A stretch of 63,793 nucleotides of DNA, counting the filler, from Octopus bimaculoides (taxonomy: Eukaryota), in the NCBI RefSeq assembly GCF_001194135.2. It is 7 parts of 4 records of this genome, joined end to end, with 100 filler letters (N's around TTAATTAATTAA, not from the genome) between each part and the next. Parts side by side here need not be neighbours in the genome. Positions count along the whole stretch, not along the records: positions 1 to 24,336 come from NC_068993.1; 6 more parts are not named here. One strand, written 5' to 3'. The notes beneath the pieces were generated by a model. That model was given only the letters and a program-made list of their open reading frames with translations, was not told where the DNA came from and did no database searches. This document shows positions 1-12,869 of the stretch, piece after piece (the stretch's first letter is position 1; each line of letters begins with the position of its first letter). Both the position numbers and the translations under genes were made by a program.

Positions 1-8
1 TATATATA

Positions 9-40
<32 letters not shown>

Positions 41-129
41 ACTCTTTACATTTATACATGTATAAATCTACACATTTGTATATATATTTATATACATTTA
101 TATATGTATAAATCTACACATTTGTGTAT

Positions 130-165
<36 letters not shown>

Positions 166-300
166 GATGTGTGTGTGTATACATACATACATTCATACAT
201 ACATACATACATACATACATACATTCATACATACATACATACATACATACATACATACATACATACATACATTCATACATGCATACATACATACATATTC
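1..300. repeat. Compound (TG)n/(TA)n/(ACAT)n microsatellite
   Basis: Directly visible. Confidence 0.95.
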
Positions 301-823
301 ACACTTGTATATACATTGTATCATTTTTTTATATTAAATAGGAAAACGAAAGAAGAGAAAGGAAATCTTAATATGTATCCGGATCATCATAATTACTTCC
401 CCTTGTCACGTGTTTATATTAGTAAGATTCTATAAAAGAATTTACAACAAGCCCTCCTTGTACAGAAGTATATTGGAAGGATAGTTTTAATGTAAATATT
501 TATATTGGTGCGAAGGGGACGCTATTAATGCTGCTAAAATACTCTCGGGTAGTCTTAGGGTTTTTCTTCTTTTCCATCTTTTATTTTGTCAACATTATCG
601 ACATTATTATGACCATTATCATAGTTGATATAGCCTCGTTGTCGTCGTCATAAACACTTGAATGACAAGCAAGCTTTCGTTGTCGGCGCCATAGTACTTA
701 ACTAGTTCGCTATCTGATCTAGCTATCTACCTATATCTATCCATCTATCTATCTATCTATATATCTAAAACTCAACCAATCAGTTTGTCTTTCCTCGACT
801 TTTCCACTCTTTATCTCTCTCTC

Positions 824-862
<39 letters not shown>

Positions 863-1701
863 NNNNNNNNNNNNNNNNNNNNNNNNNNNNNNNNNNNNNN
901 NNNNNNNNNNNNNNNNNNNNNNNNNNNNNNNNNNNNNNNNNNNNNNNNNNNNNNNNNNNNNNNNNNNNNNNNNNNNNNNNNNNNNNNNNNNNNNNNNNNN
1001 NNNNNNNNNNNNNNNNNNNNNNNNNNNNNNNNNNNNNNNNNNNNNNNNNNNNNNNNNNNNNNNNNNNNNNNNNNNNNNNNNNNNNNNNNNNNNNNNNNNN
1101 NNNNNNNNNNNNNNNNNNNNNNNNNNNNNNNNNNNNNNNNNNNNNNNNNNNNNNNNNNNNNNNNNNNNNNNNNNNNNNNNNNNNNNNNNNNNNNNNNNNN
1201 NNNNNNNNNNNNNNNNNNNNNNNNNNNNNNNNNNNNNNNNNNNNNNNNNNNNNNNNNNNNNNNNNNNNNNNNNNNNNNNNNNNNNNNNNNNNNNNNNNNN
1301 NNNNNNNNNNNNNNNNNNNNNNNNNNNNNNNNNNNNNNNNNNNNNNNNNNNNNNNNNNNNNNNNNNNNNNNNNNNNNNNNNNNNNNNNNNNNNNNNNNNN
1401 NNNNNNNNNNNNNNNNNNNNNNNNNNNNNNNNNNNNNNNNNNNNNNNNNNNNNNNNNNNNNNNNNNNNNNNNNNNNNNNNNNNNNNNNNNNNNNNNNNNN
1501 NNNNNNNNNNNNNNNNNNNNNNNNNNNNNNNNNNNNNNNNNNNNNNNNNNNNNNNNNNNNNNNNNNNNNNNNNNNNNNNNNNNNNNNNNNNNNNNNNNNN
1601 NNNNNNNNNNNNNNNNNNNNNNNNNNNNNNNNNNNNNNNNNNNNNNNNNNNNNNNNNNNNNNNNNNNNNNNNNNNNNNNNNNNNNNNNNNNNNNNNNNNN
1701 N

Positions 1702-1745
<44 letters not shown>

Positions 1746-2282
1746 CTTATGTGTTTGTGTATGTTTTTGCATAAGTATACTCACATATACATCAGGACAC
1801 ACACACGCGCTCGCACATTTATGTATACACCCAGACACACATGTACATTGTTGCTCCAAAATGGCTCCAGAGAATTCTTTAGTATTGAAGTTATTTTTAG
1901 TACTGTACTTAGTAATGAGTGTTGTTGTTGTTCTTGGTATTGTTTTTATTGTTGTTGGGTATGTTTTTGCTATTGTTGTTGTTGCTACTGCTACTGTTGT
2001 CGTTATCATTTCCGGGTAGGATAAAGAGATAAATGAAACATTTACATACATAACCGCATACATACATACATACATACATACATACATACATACATACATA
2101 CATAATGCATACGTACGTACATACACACATACATACATACATACATACATACATACATACATACATGCATACATACTTACATATAATAAATACAAATATA
2201 TATATACACCTATATATATATACGTAATTCATAACCAGCCCAGGTACGATCTGATCGCTGATTATTATGTCACTTATGCGAA

Positions 2283-2600
2283 TGTATGTGGGTTGGTGGC
2301 TAAGGTATTCGGCTCACCATCGTAAGGACGTGGGTTCGATTTCCGGCGGTGCGTTGTGCCCTTGAGCAAGATACTGTATTTCACGTTGCTCCAATCCAGT
2401 CAGCTGGCAAAAATGAGTAGTACCTGAATTCCAAAGGGCCAGCCTTGTCACACTCTGTGCTACACTGAATCTCCCTGAGAACTACATTGAGGGTACACGT
2501 GTCTGTGGAATACTCAGCCACTTGTACGTTAATTTCACGTGCAGGCTGTTCCGTTGATTGGATCAAGTGGAACCCTTGTCGACGTAACCGACAAAATGCC
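2283..2600 (+). mobile_element. SINE with a different tRNA/CORE-like head and the family-A 3' module
   Basis: GGTGGCTAAGG (A-box-like), GGTTCGATTTCC (B-box-like) and CCCTTGAGCAAG (CORE-like), then AATTCCAAAGGGCCAGCCTTGTCACAC...GGAACCCTTGTCGACGTAA shared with family A. Confidence 0.75.
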
Positions 2601-2728
2601 CGTTTTTGCTTTTTATATGTAACTTAATTTTTCTTTCGCCCCTTTCCCTGTCTTTCCTCGTAAAGATTATGTATTTGTGGTTATATTTATTTCTTATTTA
2701 TATTTCATATATTTATTCATTTATTTAT

Positions 2729-2761
<33 letters not shown>

Positions 2762-2974
2762 TGTTGACAGTTCAATGATAGTTTAACTGGGTGAAACTTT
2801 GAAGTCACTATCTATAATATTCTTGTTTAAGGCTAATAAATTTGTACTCTCCAAAAGTATCGAGTGACTCATCGGATTAAATGTAAAATTGTTCATATTA
2901 TAACCGATCTTAAAAGCAAACAAAGATATATATACATATCAATCTATCTATCTAGCTAGCTAGCTATCTATCTG

Positions 2975-3050
<76 letters not shown>

Positions 3051-3798
3051 TACGTATGTATGTATGTATGTGTACGTATGTCTATACACGCAAGTAAGCG
3101 CATAATGCAAAACAAGGTGAAAAAATAGTACCCGAATATCAAAGGTAGAGTAGTAGGTAATAGATATTTTATTAAAGCTGAAAAAAAATTTTCATAAATT
3201 GTTACTAAGTTACACGTGACCGTTCATGAGAAATATATATATATTCTCTTTTACGCATTTACACGTTTCAGCATTAAGGTTGTGGCCATACACATACATA
3301 TACACACGCACATAATCAAACACACACACACACACACACATTAACTCACATACATACATACATACACGTTGAACATAGCCAGGAGCTCTATCTACGGGAG
3401 CCAGTCTTGCAGAATAACCCGACCCATGATGCGGATTTCATGGATGTCTATAAAAAGTCTGTAAAGTAATCCCCCACCACCACCACCACCACCACCACCA
3501 CCCCAAAAAAATAATAATCTGGAAGACATAGCTGCGCAAAGACTTCACTCTGTCATATTCTAGCTCACCGTTTCCATTCCTGTTCCGTTCCGTCCCATGG
3601 GACGTGGGCAGAAGGGAAACAGCTACGTCTAATTATTGTCGATAGCCTTAATTGTTAACAGCTTGTTATTTATAAGAACGTCCTTGTGAACTTATGCGTG
3701 TGAATATGTGTCGGTTTGTCTGTGTATGTGTCTGTGTATGTGTATACATTAAAAATTATATATACAAATATAAATATATATGCAAAAAATACATATAC

Positions 3799-3836
<38 letters not shown>

Positions 3837-3945
3837 GCATATATATATAAATGCCTATACATATATATATACACATCCTCATACATATATACACTTCTAC
3901 GTATACACGCATATATGTATATGTGTGTATGTATATACATATATA

Positions 3946-4800
3946 CAGAATGCGGTGAATAAATTATCGTCTAAATTACGCAAAAATGAAAATAACACTG
4001 ACATCTCATTTTAACAGATATATTTACCAAAATTACATGAAAATATCTCGAAATACTAAAAAATAAATTTATCCAATGAAATGGTCATTGGCTTTGACCA
4101 CGGCCTCCAGATGACTTCGAAGTCTCCTGCAACTCTTCTGGACAGTCTCCTTGTTTAAGTTGGTGAATGCTGCCATAATAGGTGCATTCAGTTCATCTTT
4201 GATGTTACAAGGAGTTTTGTTGGTCTCTCACTCAACTGCGCCCCACACATAATAATCAAGGGGGTTGCAGTCTGGGGAGTTAGGTGGTCTGATTTTAGGA
4301 GTGATGTTGTCGTAGAAATTGTCTGACAGCCAGGACTGGGTTCTCCTGCTTGTGTGGCACGGTGCAGAGTCCTGTTGCCAGACATAGGGTCTTCCAGCAG
4401 CCACCCTCTTGACCCAGGGCAACACTATCTCCTCCATGCACTTGACGTAGGCTTTCATGTTGAGTCTGAGGCGGTGTGGGTAGAAGAATGGCGGCATAAC
4501 ATCACCATCACTAGTGATCACTCCAAACACCACATGTTGACTGGATGTTTGATTTTTATCACTCTCAGTACATGTTTTGAGGGCATGGCAAGCCAACGGT
4601 TGTCTTGTGTATTCACCATCTGATCCTGGCAGAAAACTTTCTCGTCTGAGAAAAACCAGAACATGTTCGGTTGGAGGGGATGCTTGAGTTTGTTGAAAAG
4701 CTTCGTAGCACAGCCTTTCCTCTTGTCCTTGATGGCTTGGGATAAAAATTGACCCTTTCTCATCTTGTATGAGGTATACCGAATGTCTTCATGCAGTACC
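3946..4800 (-). mobile_element. Tc1/mariner DD37D (maT-type) transposon, 5'-truncated, transposase pseudogene
   Basis: Minus-strand frames give WFFSDEK (D1), WQQDSAPCH (D2) and PPNSPDCNPLDYYVWG (D3), with 37 residues between D2 and D3 by hand count. There is a frameshift between the D1 and D2 frames and an in-frame TGA after GAVE, after which the frame continues ETNKTPCN...LEAVVKANDHFIG*. A TIR-like end TA|CAGAATGCGGTGAATAAATT starts at 3946; the other end runs into (TA)n and a gap. Confidence 0.9.
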
Positions 4801-5519
4801 TGTATATATATATGTATATATATATATANNNNNNNNNNNNNNNNNNNNNNNNNNNNNNNNNNNNNNNNNNNNNNNNNNNNNNNNNNNNNNNNNNNNNNNN
4901 NNNNNNNNNNNNNNNNNNNNNNNNNNNNNNNNNNNNNNNNNNNNNNNNNNNNNNNNNNNNNNNNNNNNNNNNNNNNNNNNNNNNNNNNNNNNNNNNNNNN
5001 NNNNNNNNNNNNNNNNNNNNNNNNNNNNNNNNNNNNNNNNNNNNNNNNNNNNNNNNNNNNNNNNNNNNNNNNNNNNNNNNNNNNNNNNNNNNNNNNNNNN
5101 NNNNNNNNNNNNNNNNNNNNNNNNNNNNNNNNNNNNNNNNNNNNNNNNNNNNNNNNNNNNNNNNNNNNNNNNNNNNNNNNNNNNNNNNNNNNNNNNNNNN
5201 NNNNNNNNNNNNNNNNNNNNNNNNNNNNNNNNNNNNNNNNNNNNNNATGATCAGCATAAACCCAAACACACCACTTAAGTTACCAATGAAAGTAATAAAA
5301 AAAAAAAAACACATTCAACGTTAAAATATTCCACACTTCTGGCAGCCAGATGGTTTTGAAGAATTTAATATTTGTTATAAAAGATTTTGTCTTGGAATAA
5401 ATAAATAAAAAAATTAGGCTTCTTGATGTACTCTGGATATATATGAATAAGAGAACGACTGTTGTTTGAAGAAATGAGGAACAAACAATAAAGAATTGTT
5501 ACAGTAAATACTAACGCGT

Positions 5520-6030
5520 GGAATTTCAAGCCCTCGCTTTTTGATATCTTTTAGGGATGGTCACGATAGGAATTTTATTGCTTAGCTTTTATCTTTAATT
5601 GTGTACTTTTTTCAGCCAGAGCCTGAGGTCATCCTGGAGCACCGTCTTTCCGTGAAATTGAGTTCCTTTTCTGTGCAGTTTCTGGTGAAATAGCGAGTTG
5701 GGCGAAGCTGCTCTTATTTGTGTCTCCTGCGCGATACGGATTCATCTAGTATATCAGATAAATATTCGTCCAGACATTTTTTGAAGAACTCCACATCTAC
5801 ACCTCGCAAATCTCTGAGATTGCTAGGCAGAATGTTAAATAGTCTTCGATCCTTGAAACCCAAGCTATTACAGTACTGGGTACTTATTCGAGATAGAGAA
5901 AACGGGATCTCTGGTACTATGCGATACCACCCAGTTCGGTGGTTCCTATAGCTTTCAGAATCTTCCATATCACTGCATATCTTCCACGCCTTCTCTCTAG
6001 GGCGTAGAACTTCAGTTCCCTTTTCAGTTG
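5520..6030 (-). mobile_element. CR1/L2-group LINE 3' fragment (ORF2 C-terminus and 3' UTR)
   Basis: Minus frames give LKFYALERRRGRY..WKIL and RLFNILPSNLRDLRGVDVEFFKKCLDEYLSDILDE, typical of the end of CR1-group ORF2. Frameshifted. Confidence 0.75.
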
Positions 6031-6338
6031 CTTTTGTAAAAAGTTATTTTAAGAAACGATGGTTTTATTTTTCAATAGGAAACCCTTGTTAGATTGAGGG
6101 TGTAACCGTGAAATGAAGAGGTTGGTGGGGAGGTGGATTTATGGGAAGATTTGGGTTTGTACTTTATGCTCATATCGCGCTGTAGCAGTCTTTCCAGTAT
6201 GAGCCGAGCCTTGATTGTTCAAACGACCTAGAAATGATTAAAGATATATATATACATATATATGACTACGTGTATGTATATATTTATGTATGTATATAAA
6301 TGTGTGTGTATGTTTATATATATGAATATATATATACA

Positions 6339-6381
<43 letters not shown>

Positions 6382-7815
6382 NNNNNNNNNNNNNNNNNNN
6401 NNNNNNNNNNNNNNNNNNNNNNNNNNNNNNNNNNNNNNNNNNNNNNNNNNNNNNNNNNNNNNNNNNNNNNNNNNNNNNNNNNNNNNNNNNNNNNNNNNNN
6501 NNNNNNNNNNNNNNNNNNNNNNNNNNNNNNNNNNNNNNNNNNNNNNNNNNNNNNNNNNNNNNNNNNNNNNNNNNNNNNNNNNNNNNNNNNNNNNNNNNNN
6601 NNNNNNNNNNNNNNNNNNNNATATATATATATATATATACACGAATATAAATAAATACAGGAATATGTATATATATATATGTATATGTAGATATATACAT
6701 CTGTACGTTCATACACATATGCTGATTGCTCCATCTTCACAGATGATTGCCGTCTTCTCTAGCTTCCTCGTTGCCGATGCCATTTTCGACTCTCTGTCCA
6801 TGACCTTCCAGATGACAATTTAGTCTCGTTGCAAATTTGCGTCGTTCGAAGCATAGGTGACAGACGAATGCTGTAATTCGCAGTGCGCTTCTAACTGGTT
6901 AGGTCCGCATACGTCGTTCCTCTTCCATCACCTCAGGACTTTCAGGAGACAGGACGATAAACAAGGTTGCAATAACGTACGTAGGTCGTTGGATTATAAG
7001 AGATAAACGCTTACACAACACAAGTACCATTTTCCGAGTTTTCGTGAATACAGCCTCGTGACAAACCGGAGTGGCATGACCAGCAACCACGTGAAACTGC
7101 ACATACATATATGTATGTATGTGTATGTGAGCATGCGTATGTGTGTTCGCGCGCGTGTGTGTCTGTGTCTCTGTATGTGTGCGTGCATATGTACTCCAAG
7201 AAGTTTGAAAGAAAAACACTATCAAGTGTGTGAGAAGAGGGAATGTGTGTCTGCGGCAGTAAATAAGAGAAAGTAATAAATATCAAGTGTATACGTGGCT
7301 TCCTGGGATGAAAGCACGCGGGTGTCTAAGAGGCAAAGCTAGAGTGGTGGTGATACTATTTTCAAGTGGGATGGAATATATTCATGCACGTGAAGGCATG
7401 TATGTATGTATGTAAGTTCGTACATACATTAACTTCATTCCTTGCTTGTTTAAAGTAACTATGAGATTTTTTTGTCTAATGTTTTGTCTGCTGTTGTATG
7501 ATACGGCTAGGCTTAATCCGTTGTTTCGGTTGAACCCGATGCTAGAATTAGTGAGTATTCAAAGCGATTTCATTGCATATATCAACGCTGTCATATGAGT
7601 TCATTAAAATATCGAACAGATTCGTGAATTGGGATTTCTTGGATTTTTTTCTGACGCTTTATCAAATAATATAGTTTGTGTGCTTGCATGATTACATCAA
7701 CATCCATTTCACTAACGCTAACGTTACACCTTGGTTAATTCCATAGCCTTAACCAGACAGCGATGACTATAACTACCTGATGGTCGATAATCGCTAAGAG
7801 TTACTACAAGCTGAG

Positions 7816-8202
7816 TGGAGGCGCACAATGGCCCAGTGGTTAGGACAGCGGACTCGCGGTCATAGGATCGCGGTTTCGATTCTCAGACCGGGCGTTGTGA
7901 GTGTTTATTGAGCGAAAACACCTAAAGCTCCACGAGGCTCCGGCAGGGGATGGTGGCGAACCCTGCTGTACTCTTCCACCACAACTTTCTCTCACTCTTA
8001 CTTCCTGTTTCTGTTGTGCCTGTAATTCAAAGGGTCAGCCTTATCACACTGTGTCACGCTGAATCTCTCCGAGAACTACGTTAAGGGTACACGTGTCTGT
8101 GGAGTGCTCAGCCACTTGCACGTTAATTTCACGAGCAGGCTGTTCCGATGATCAAATCAACTGGAACTCTCGACGTCGTAAGCGACGGAGTGCCAACAAC
8201 AA
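7816..8202 (+). mobile_element. SINE family A, full length (tRNA-like head, (CAA)n tail)
   Basis: A-box-like TGGCCCAGTGG and B-box-like GGTTTCGATTC. Highly similar copies at 11564, 25222 and 38915; ends GTGCCAACAACAA. Confidence 0.85.
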
Positions 8203-8700
8203 TGTGCTTGCATGATTACATCAACATCCACTTCACTAACGCTCACGTTACACCTTGGTTAATTTCATAGCCTTAACCAGACAGCGATGAATATTACTAC
8301 CTGATGCTCGATAATATTGCTAAGAAATACGAAACAATCGCTAAAAGTTACTACAAGCTGAGATTTTAACCTAACAAAAAAAAAATTAAAGAGTTTTAGA
8401 AAATAGATTCACATTAAAAAGTTTTAGACAATAAAATTTCACCTTACCGAGGTGTTTATGTTCGCTGTGCTTTTATTATCACGCTTTGAGTGTGAACAGC
8501 TGCAAATGACCAGCTGGGGCGACATCGTTTCCCCAACCTTTGTTACTACATCTTAGTTTCTGGCAGGCCACCAGTGAGAATGGACCGTTTACTTACCTTA
8601 CAAATTTATCACATTCTTTTGAAGCTTAAAATATTACCCCCACCACCACCACCACCACCACCTAACCATGTCGATATGAAGAACTGTAGAAATTAATAAA

Positions 8701-9010
8701 ATGAAAAGGAAGATTATTACTCTAGACGTTAAAGTTGAAATTATTAAAAAGTTTGATCATGGTGAAAACAAAGCTAAGATCTGAAGAGAGAGAGATTTTA
8801 TTGAGTCTACGATGCAAACTGTTTGGAGCAATACAAATGTGTACGGGAACCAATGTAAGGAAAGAACAATATCATTAAATATGCAATGCGGTAGAAATTA
8901 AGGTCCAAATAATGTTTGAGATTAAGGAAAAGAGAATTATTAATAATATACGGTTTCGAGATTGTAATTAGCAACGAATACCAATTCAGGCCAATAATAT
9001 TATGAACAGA
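8701..9010 (+). pseudogene. pogo/Tigger-like transposase N-terminal (CENP-B-type HTH) relic
   Basis: 8701 translates MKRKIITLDVKVEIIKKFDHGENKAKI*, followed by ESTMQTV and RDCN*QRIPIQA in shifted frames. This resembles the two HTH domains of Tigger/pogo transposases. The 27-aa frame is too short for the ORF track. Confidence 0.65.
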
Positions 9011-9410
9011 ACTGCATATGATGTGTAGTTAAGAAGCTCGCTTTGCAATCACGTGATTGCGGGTTCAGTCACACTGCGTGGAATCTTGGGCAAGTGTCAT
9101 ATTCTTTAGCCCTTGGCCGACCAACGCCTAGTGAGTGAATTTATTGATCGAATTCTTTTAATTTTTTGATGCCATAGAAGTCATTGAAGTATTTCAGGTT
9201 AATGTTTTTCTAGACTGTTCTCAGATACTAGCTATCTGTCACTTCTTGAGGAGGTTTGTAACTGATTATTCGATGTTAATTATTTGCCAAAAATTTCTGA
9301 AAGTGACATCCAGTTATAACTTCCATTACCTATCTGAAAGAACCTATCCAATATTCCAAAATAATAACCTTCGAATGTAGCTGTAGCTCCTTAATCTGTA
9401 CAAAGGATAT

Positions 9411-9615
9411 ACTTTTCTACTCTAAGCACAAGGCCAGAAATTTTGGGGGACGGAGACCAGTCAATTAGATCGACCCCAGTTAGAAACTGGTATTTAATTT
9501 ATCGATTTCGAAAGGATGAAAGGCAAAGTCGACCTCGGCGGAATTTGAACTCAGAATGTAAAGACAGACGAAATACCGCTAAGCATTTCGCCAGGCGTGC
9601 TAACGTTTCCGCCAG
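9411..9615 (-). mobile_element. SINE family B
   Basis: Reverse complement of GAGCTGGC..GTTCTGAGTTCAAATTCCGCCGAGGTCGACTTTGCCTTTCATCCTTTCG..GGCCTTGTGCTTAGAGTAGAAAAG; many copies in the window. Confidence 0.8.
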
Positions 9616-10314
9616 CTCGCTGCCTTTGTACCAAGCATATCGTTTTTGGTGTAACATTGCGTTTTGTGTTACGTGGGGCGTAATAGGCTTTTGGGGGTTT
9701 TTTTTTAACCTTTTACTTGCTTTTCAGGCACCGGCTTCAAAGGTTTAGTCAAACAAATCGACTCCATGACTTATTACTATGATTTTTTTTTCTCTTTCAA
9801 GTGTGTTATTTCCGTCAACCACAAAGCATTGGTCAGCCCCGAGGCCATAGTGGAGACACTTGCCCAAGGTGCAGCGCAGCAGGACTGAACCTGAAACCGT
9901 ATGGTTTGCAAAGCAAACTTCTCAACCACACAGCTTTGCTTGTTTTAAAGATGTTGATTCAGGGAAACATCATCATGTTAATGGCTTCGCAATCAAAAGA
10001 CTTAACTGACGATGATCTCATTGAAATCAAGTGTCAACGGAATCTACGAAGCCGTGAAAGGAAGGAATGTGAAAAAAAAACGGGAAATACCTAAAATATA
10101 TTGCAGTGGAAGAACTTGACATTTTAGCTTTTGATTTATTTATTTATATTTTATCTTAATTGTTTGTTTTTTTTAATATTTTCTATTTGCTTTTTTCTTT
10201 TTATGGAGTAGGATAAAACGTGGTCAAAACAACGATTACAGGATACGGATAGGAATGCCATCGTTTGCAGATGTTTAGGTAATTGAATTTCTTATCACAA
10301 AATACATTCGTATA

Positions 10315-10524
10315 TCTTCTATCTTTTACTTGCTTCAGTCATTAGACTGCGGCCATGCTGGGGCACCGCCTTGAAGAATTTTTAGTGGAATGAATCGACC
10401 CCCAGTACTTAATTTTCTTTAAAGCTTTAAACTTATTGTATCGAACTCTTTTGCCGAAACGCTAATTTACGGGAACATAATTGTACGAACACCGGTTGTC
10501 AATCGGTTTTGGAGGACAAGCATA

Positions 10525-10530
<6 letters not shown>
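10315..10530 (-). mobile_element. SINE family C tail abutting (TA)n; similar partial copies near 9025, 9825, 10880, 16890, 19725, 33405, 41545, 51105, 56735 and 57985
   Basis: TCTTTTACTTG(T/C)TTCAGTCATT..GCGGCCATGCTGG..GCACC motif recurs, usually running into a microsatellite. Confidence 0.75.
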
Positions 10531-10760
<230 letters not shown>

Positions 10761-11563
10761 TTGTTTTTTGGAATACCTCGAATCACACACATAGAGCTAT
10801 AAATAAAGCATTTAAATAACTGGGTTGAAAAAACCTTTAGGATAGAAAAAGTCGAAGGCAGACTTCGACTTTTTCTATCCTTACCACATCTTGACAACCG
10901 CTGTTGGTTTGTTTACATCCCCATACTTTAGTGGTTCGGCAAAAGAGAACGCTAGAACAAGGAGAGAACTTTAACAAAAGCAAAAACAATAAACTAAAAT
11001 AAGCACTGGGGTTAATTTGTTCGACTAAACCCATGTAAGGGCTGTACAATGCCCGAAGAGAAAGTAAAAGAGTAGAAAGATTAAAAAAAAAAAAGACAAT
11101 GAAAAGATTACTCCACTCCCGTCTTGTTTCAAAATATGTTTTCAAACAGTAAACAAAAGAAAAATTAATACAGTGATGGAAGCTATGTAATAAAAGGGAA
11201 ATATGTTGAGAGCTGTATACGTATATTCACTAGATCGTATAGATATGTCTAGCCAACAGCAAAAGTATCTCTAACATTGCTGAGGTTAAGGTTGTTTACT
11301 GTTGAGAGGATTTCAGCTTCGTTGGCAAAAATTTGCAACGGAAGCTACAAATCGCAAAGAACGGAAATTCCGCTTAAATTTTTGACCCGACCTTTTTTCA
11401 TTTTTATAGTTATTATTTTCTTGTCCCTCCCCAAAAATTTCAGGCCTTGTGCCTAGAGTAGAAATAATTATTTGTTTCTTTTGTATAATGCGTTCGAGCT
11501 GGCAGAATCTTTAGCATGCCGGACAAAATGTTCAGCAACGTACGTCTTTAAGTTCTGAGTAGT

Positions 11564-11928
11564 AGAGGCACAATGGCCCAGTGGTTTGGCAGCGGACTCG
11601 CGGTCATAGGATCGCGGTTTCGATTCCCAGACCGGGCGTTGTGAGTGTTTATTGAGCGAAAACACCTAAAAGCTCCACGAGGCTCCGGCAGGGGATGGTG
11701 GAGAACCCTGCTGTACTCTTCCACCACAACTTTCTCTCACTCTTACTTCCTGTTTCTGTTGTGCCTGTAATTCAAAGGGTCAGCCTTGTCACACTGTGTC
11801 ATGCTGAATATCCCCGAGAACTACGTTAAGGGTACACGTGTCTGTGGAGTGCTCAGCCACTTGCACGTTAATTTCACGAGCAGGCACTTCCGTTGATCGG
11901 ATCAACTGGAACCCTCGGCGTCGTGCCA
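11564..11928 (+). mobile_element. SINE family A, fused to a truncated family-B head (about 11495-11560)
   Basis: Near-identical to 7816-8202 over its length. Confidence 0.85.
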
Positions 11929-12207
11929 AAAATTATAGATGCACTGTGGGATATTGATTTGTTGCATAAGGAGAATTCCTTATATTTTTCAAAATCTGGT
12001 GTAATATTCTCGGGCCACAGTATCTCTGTATGATATATTTTACCAATGCCTGGGTATTTGAAGCAGTCTTTGTGTGGGACGGGAGAGATAGTGAGAGCAT
12101 TGGTGCATAGGGTTTTGTTCTGGAGCACTGATTTTCCTCGTTCAACAACCGAATACAAAGATTTCTTTTTGCAAAATTCTATTCCTTCGTTACCTGAGAG
12201 AGGAATA

Positions 12208-12258
<51 letters not shown>

Positions 12259-12649
12259 AGAGGCTTGTGTAAGTGCATCTATAAAAGAGAGAACGTGCGA
12301 GAACTACTACAGTCGCTGATCCAGTTTCTGACCACAAATTGAGAGCTGATTTCAAGATCGATAAATGCGAAATAGAAAAAAAAGAAAGACGATATTGGGT
12401 AACCATGATAATCGATCATATTATCTGCAGCACAGCTTGAACCAAGCCATAGTCAGTGATTTACTGTATTCTGTGAAATTTGATAGTTTTATTCTCTATT
12501 CTACATGTAAACGCTCTAAGTTGTAGTCTTCAAATGTTCAGTCGGACAATATCATAGTTCTTTAATCGTCTGATATCACGCCTGTCTGTGTGTGCGCACA
12601 CACTCTTGTGTATGTATGAATATTTGCGTTTGTGTCGTGCATATATTAA

Positions 12650-12869
12650 TTTCTTTATTGTCCACAGGGGGCTAAACATAGAGGGGACAAACAAGGACAG
12701 ACAGGGGTATCACGTCGATTACATCGACCCCAGTGATTAAGTGGTACTAATTTAATCGACCCCGAAAGGATGAAAGGCAAAGTCGACCTCCGTGGAATTT
12801 GAACTCAGAACGTAACGGCAGACGAAATACCACTACGCATTTCGCCCGGTGTGCTAACGTTTCTGCCGA
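12650..12869 (-). mobile_element. SINE family B (GTGGACAATAAAGAAA tail variant)
   Basis: Same core as the other B copies, with an alternative 3' tail shared with 14828-15057 and 39240-39478. Confidence 0.8.

Noticed and set aside
7816-7890. tRNA-like sequence
   Set aside because: It has A/B-box-like motifs but no complete cloverleaf and is the head of a multi-copy SINE.
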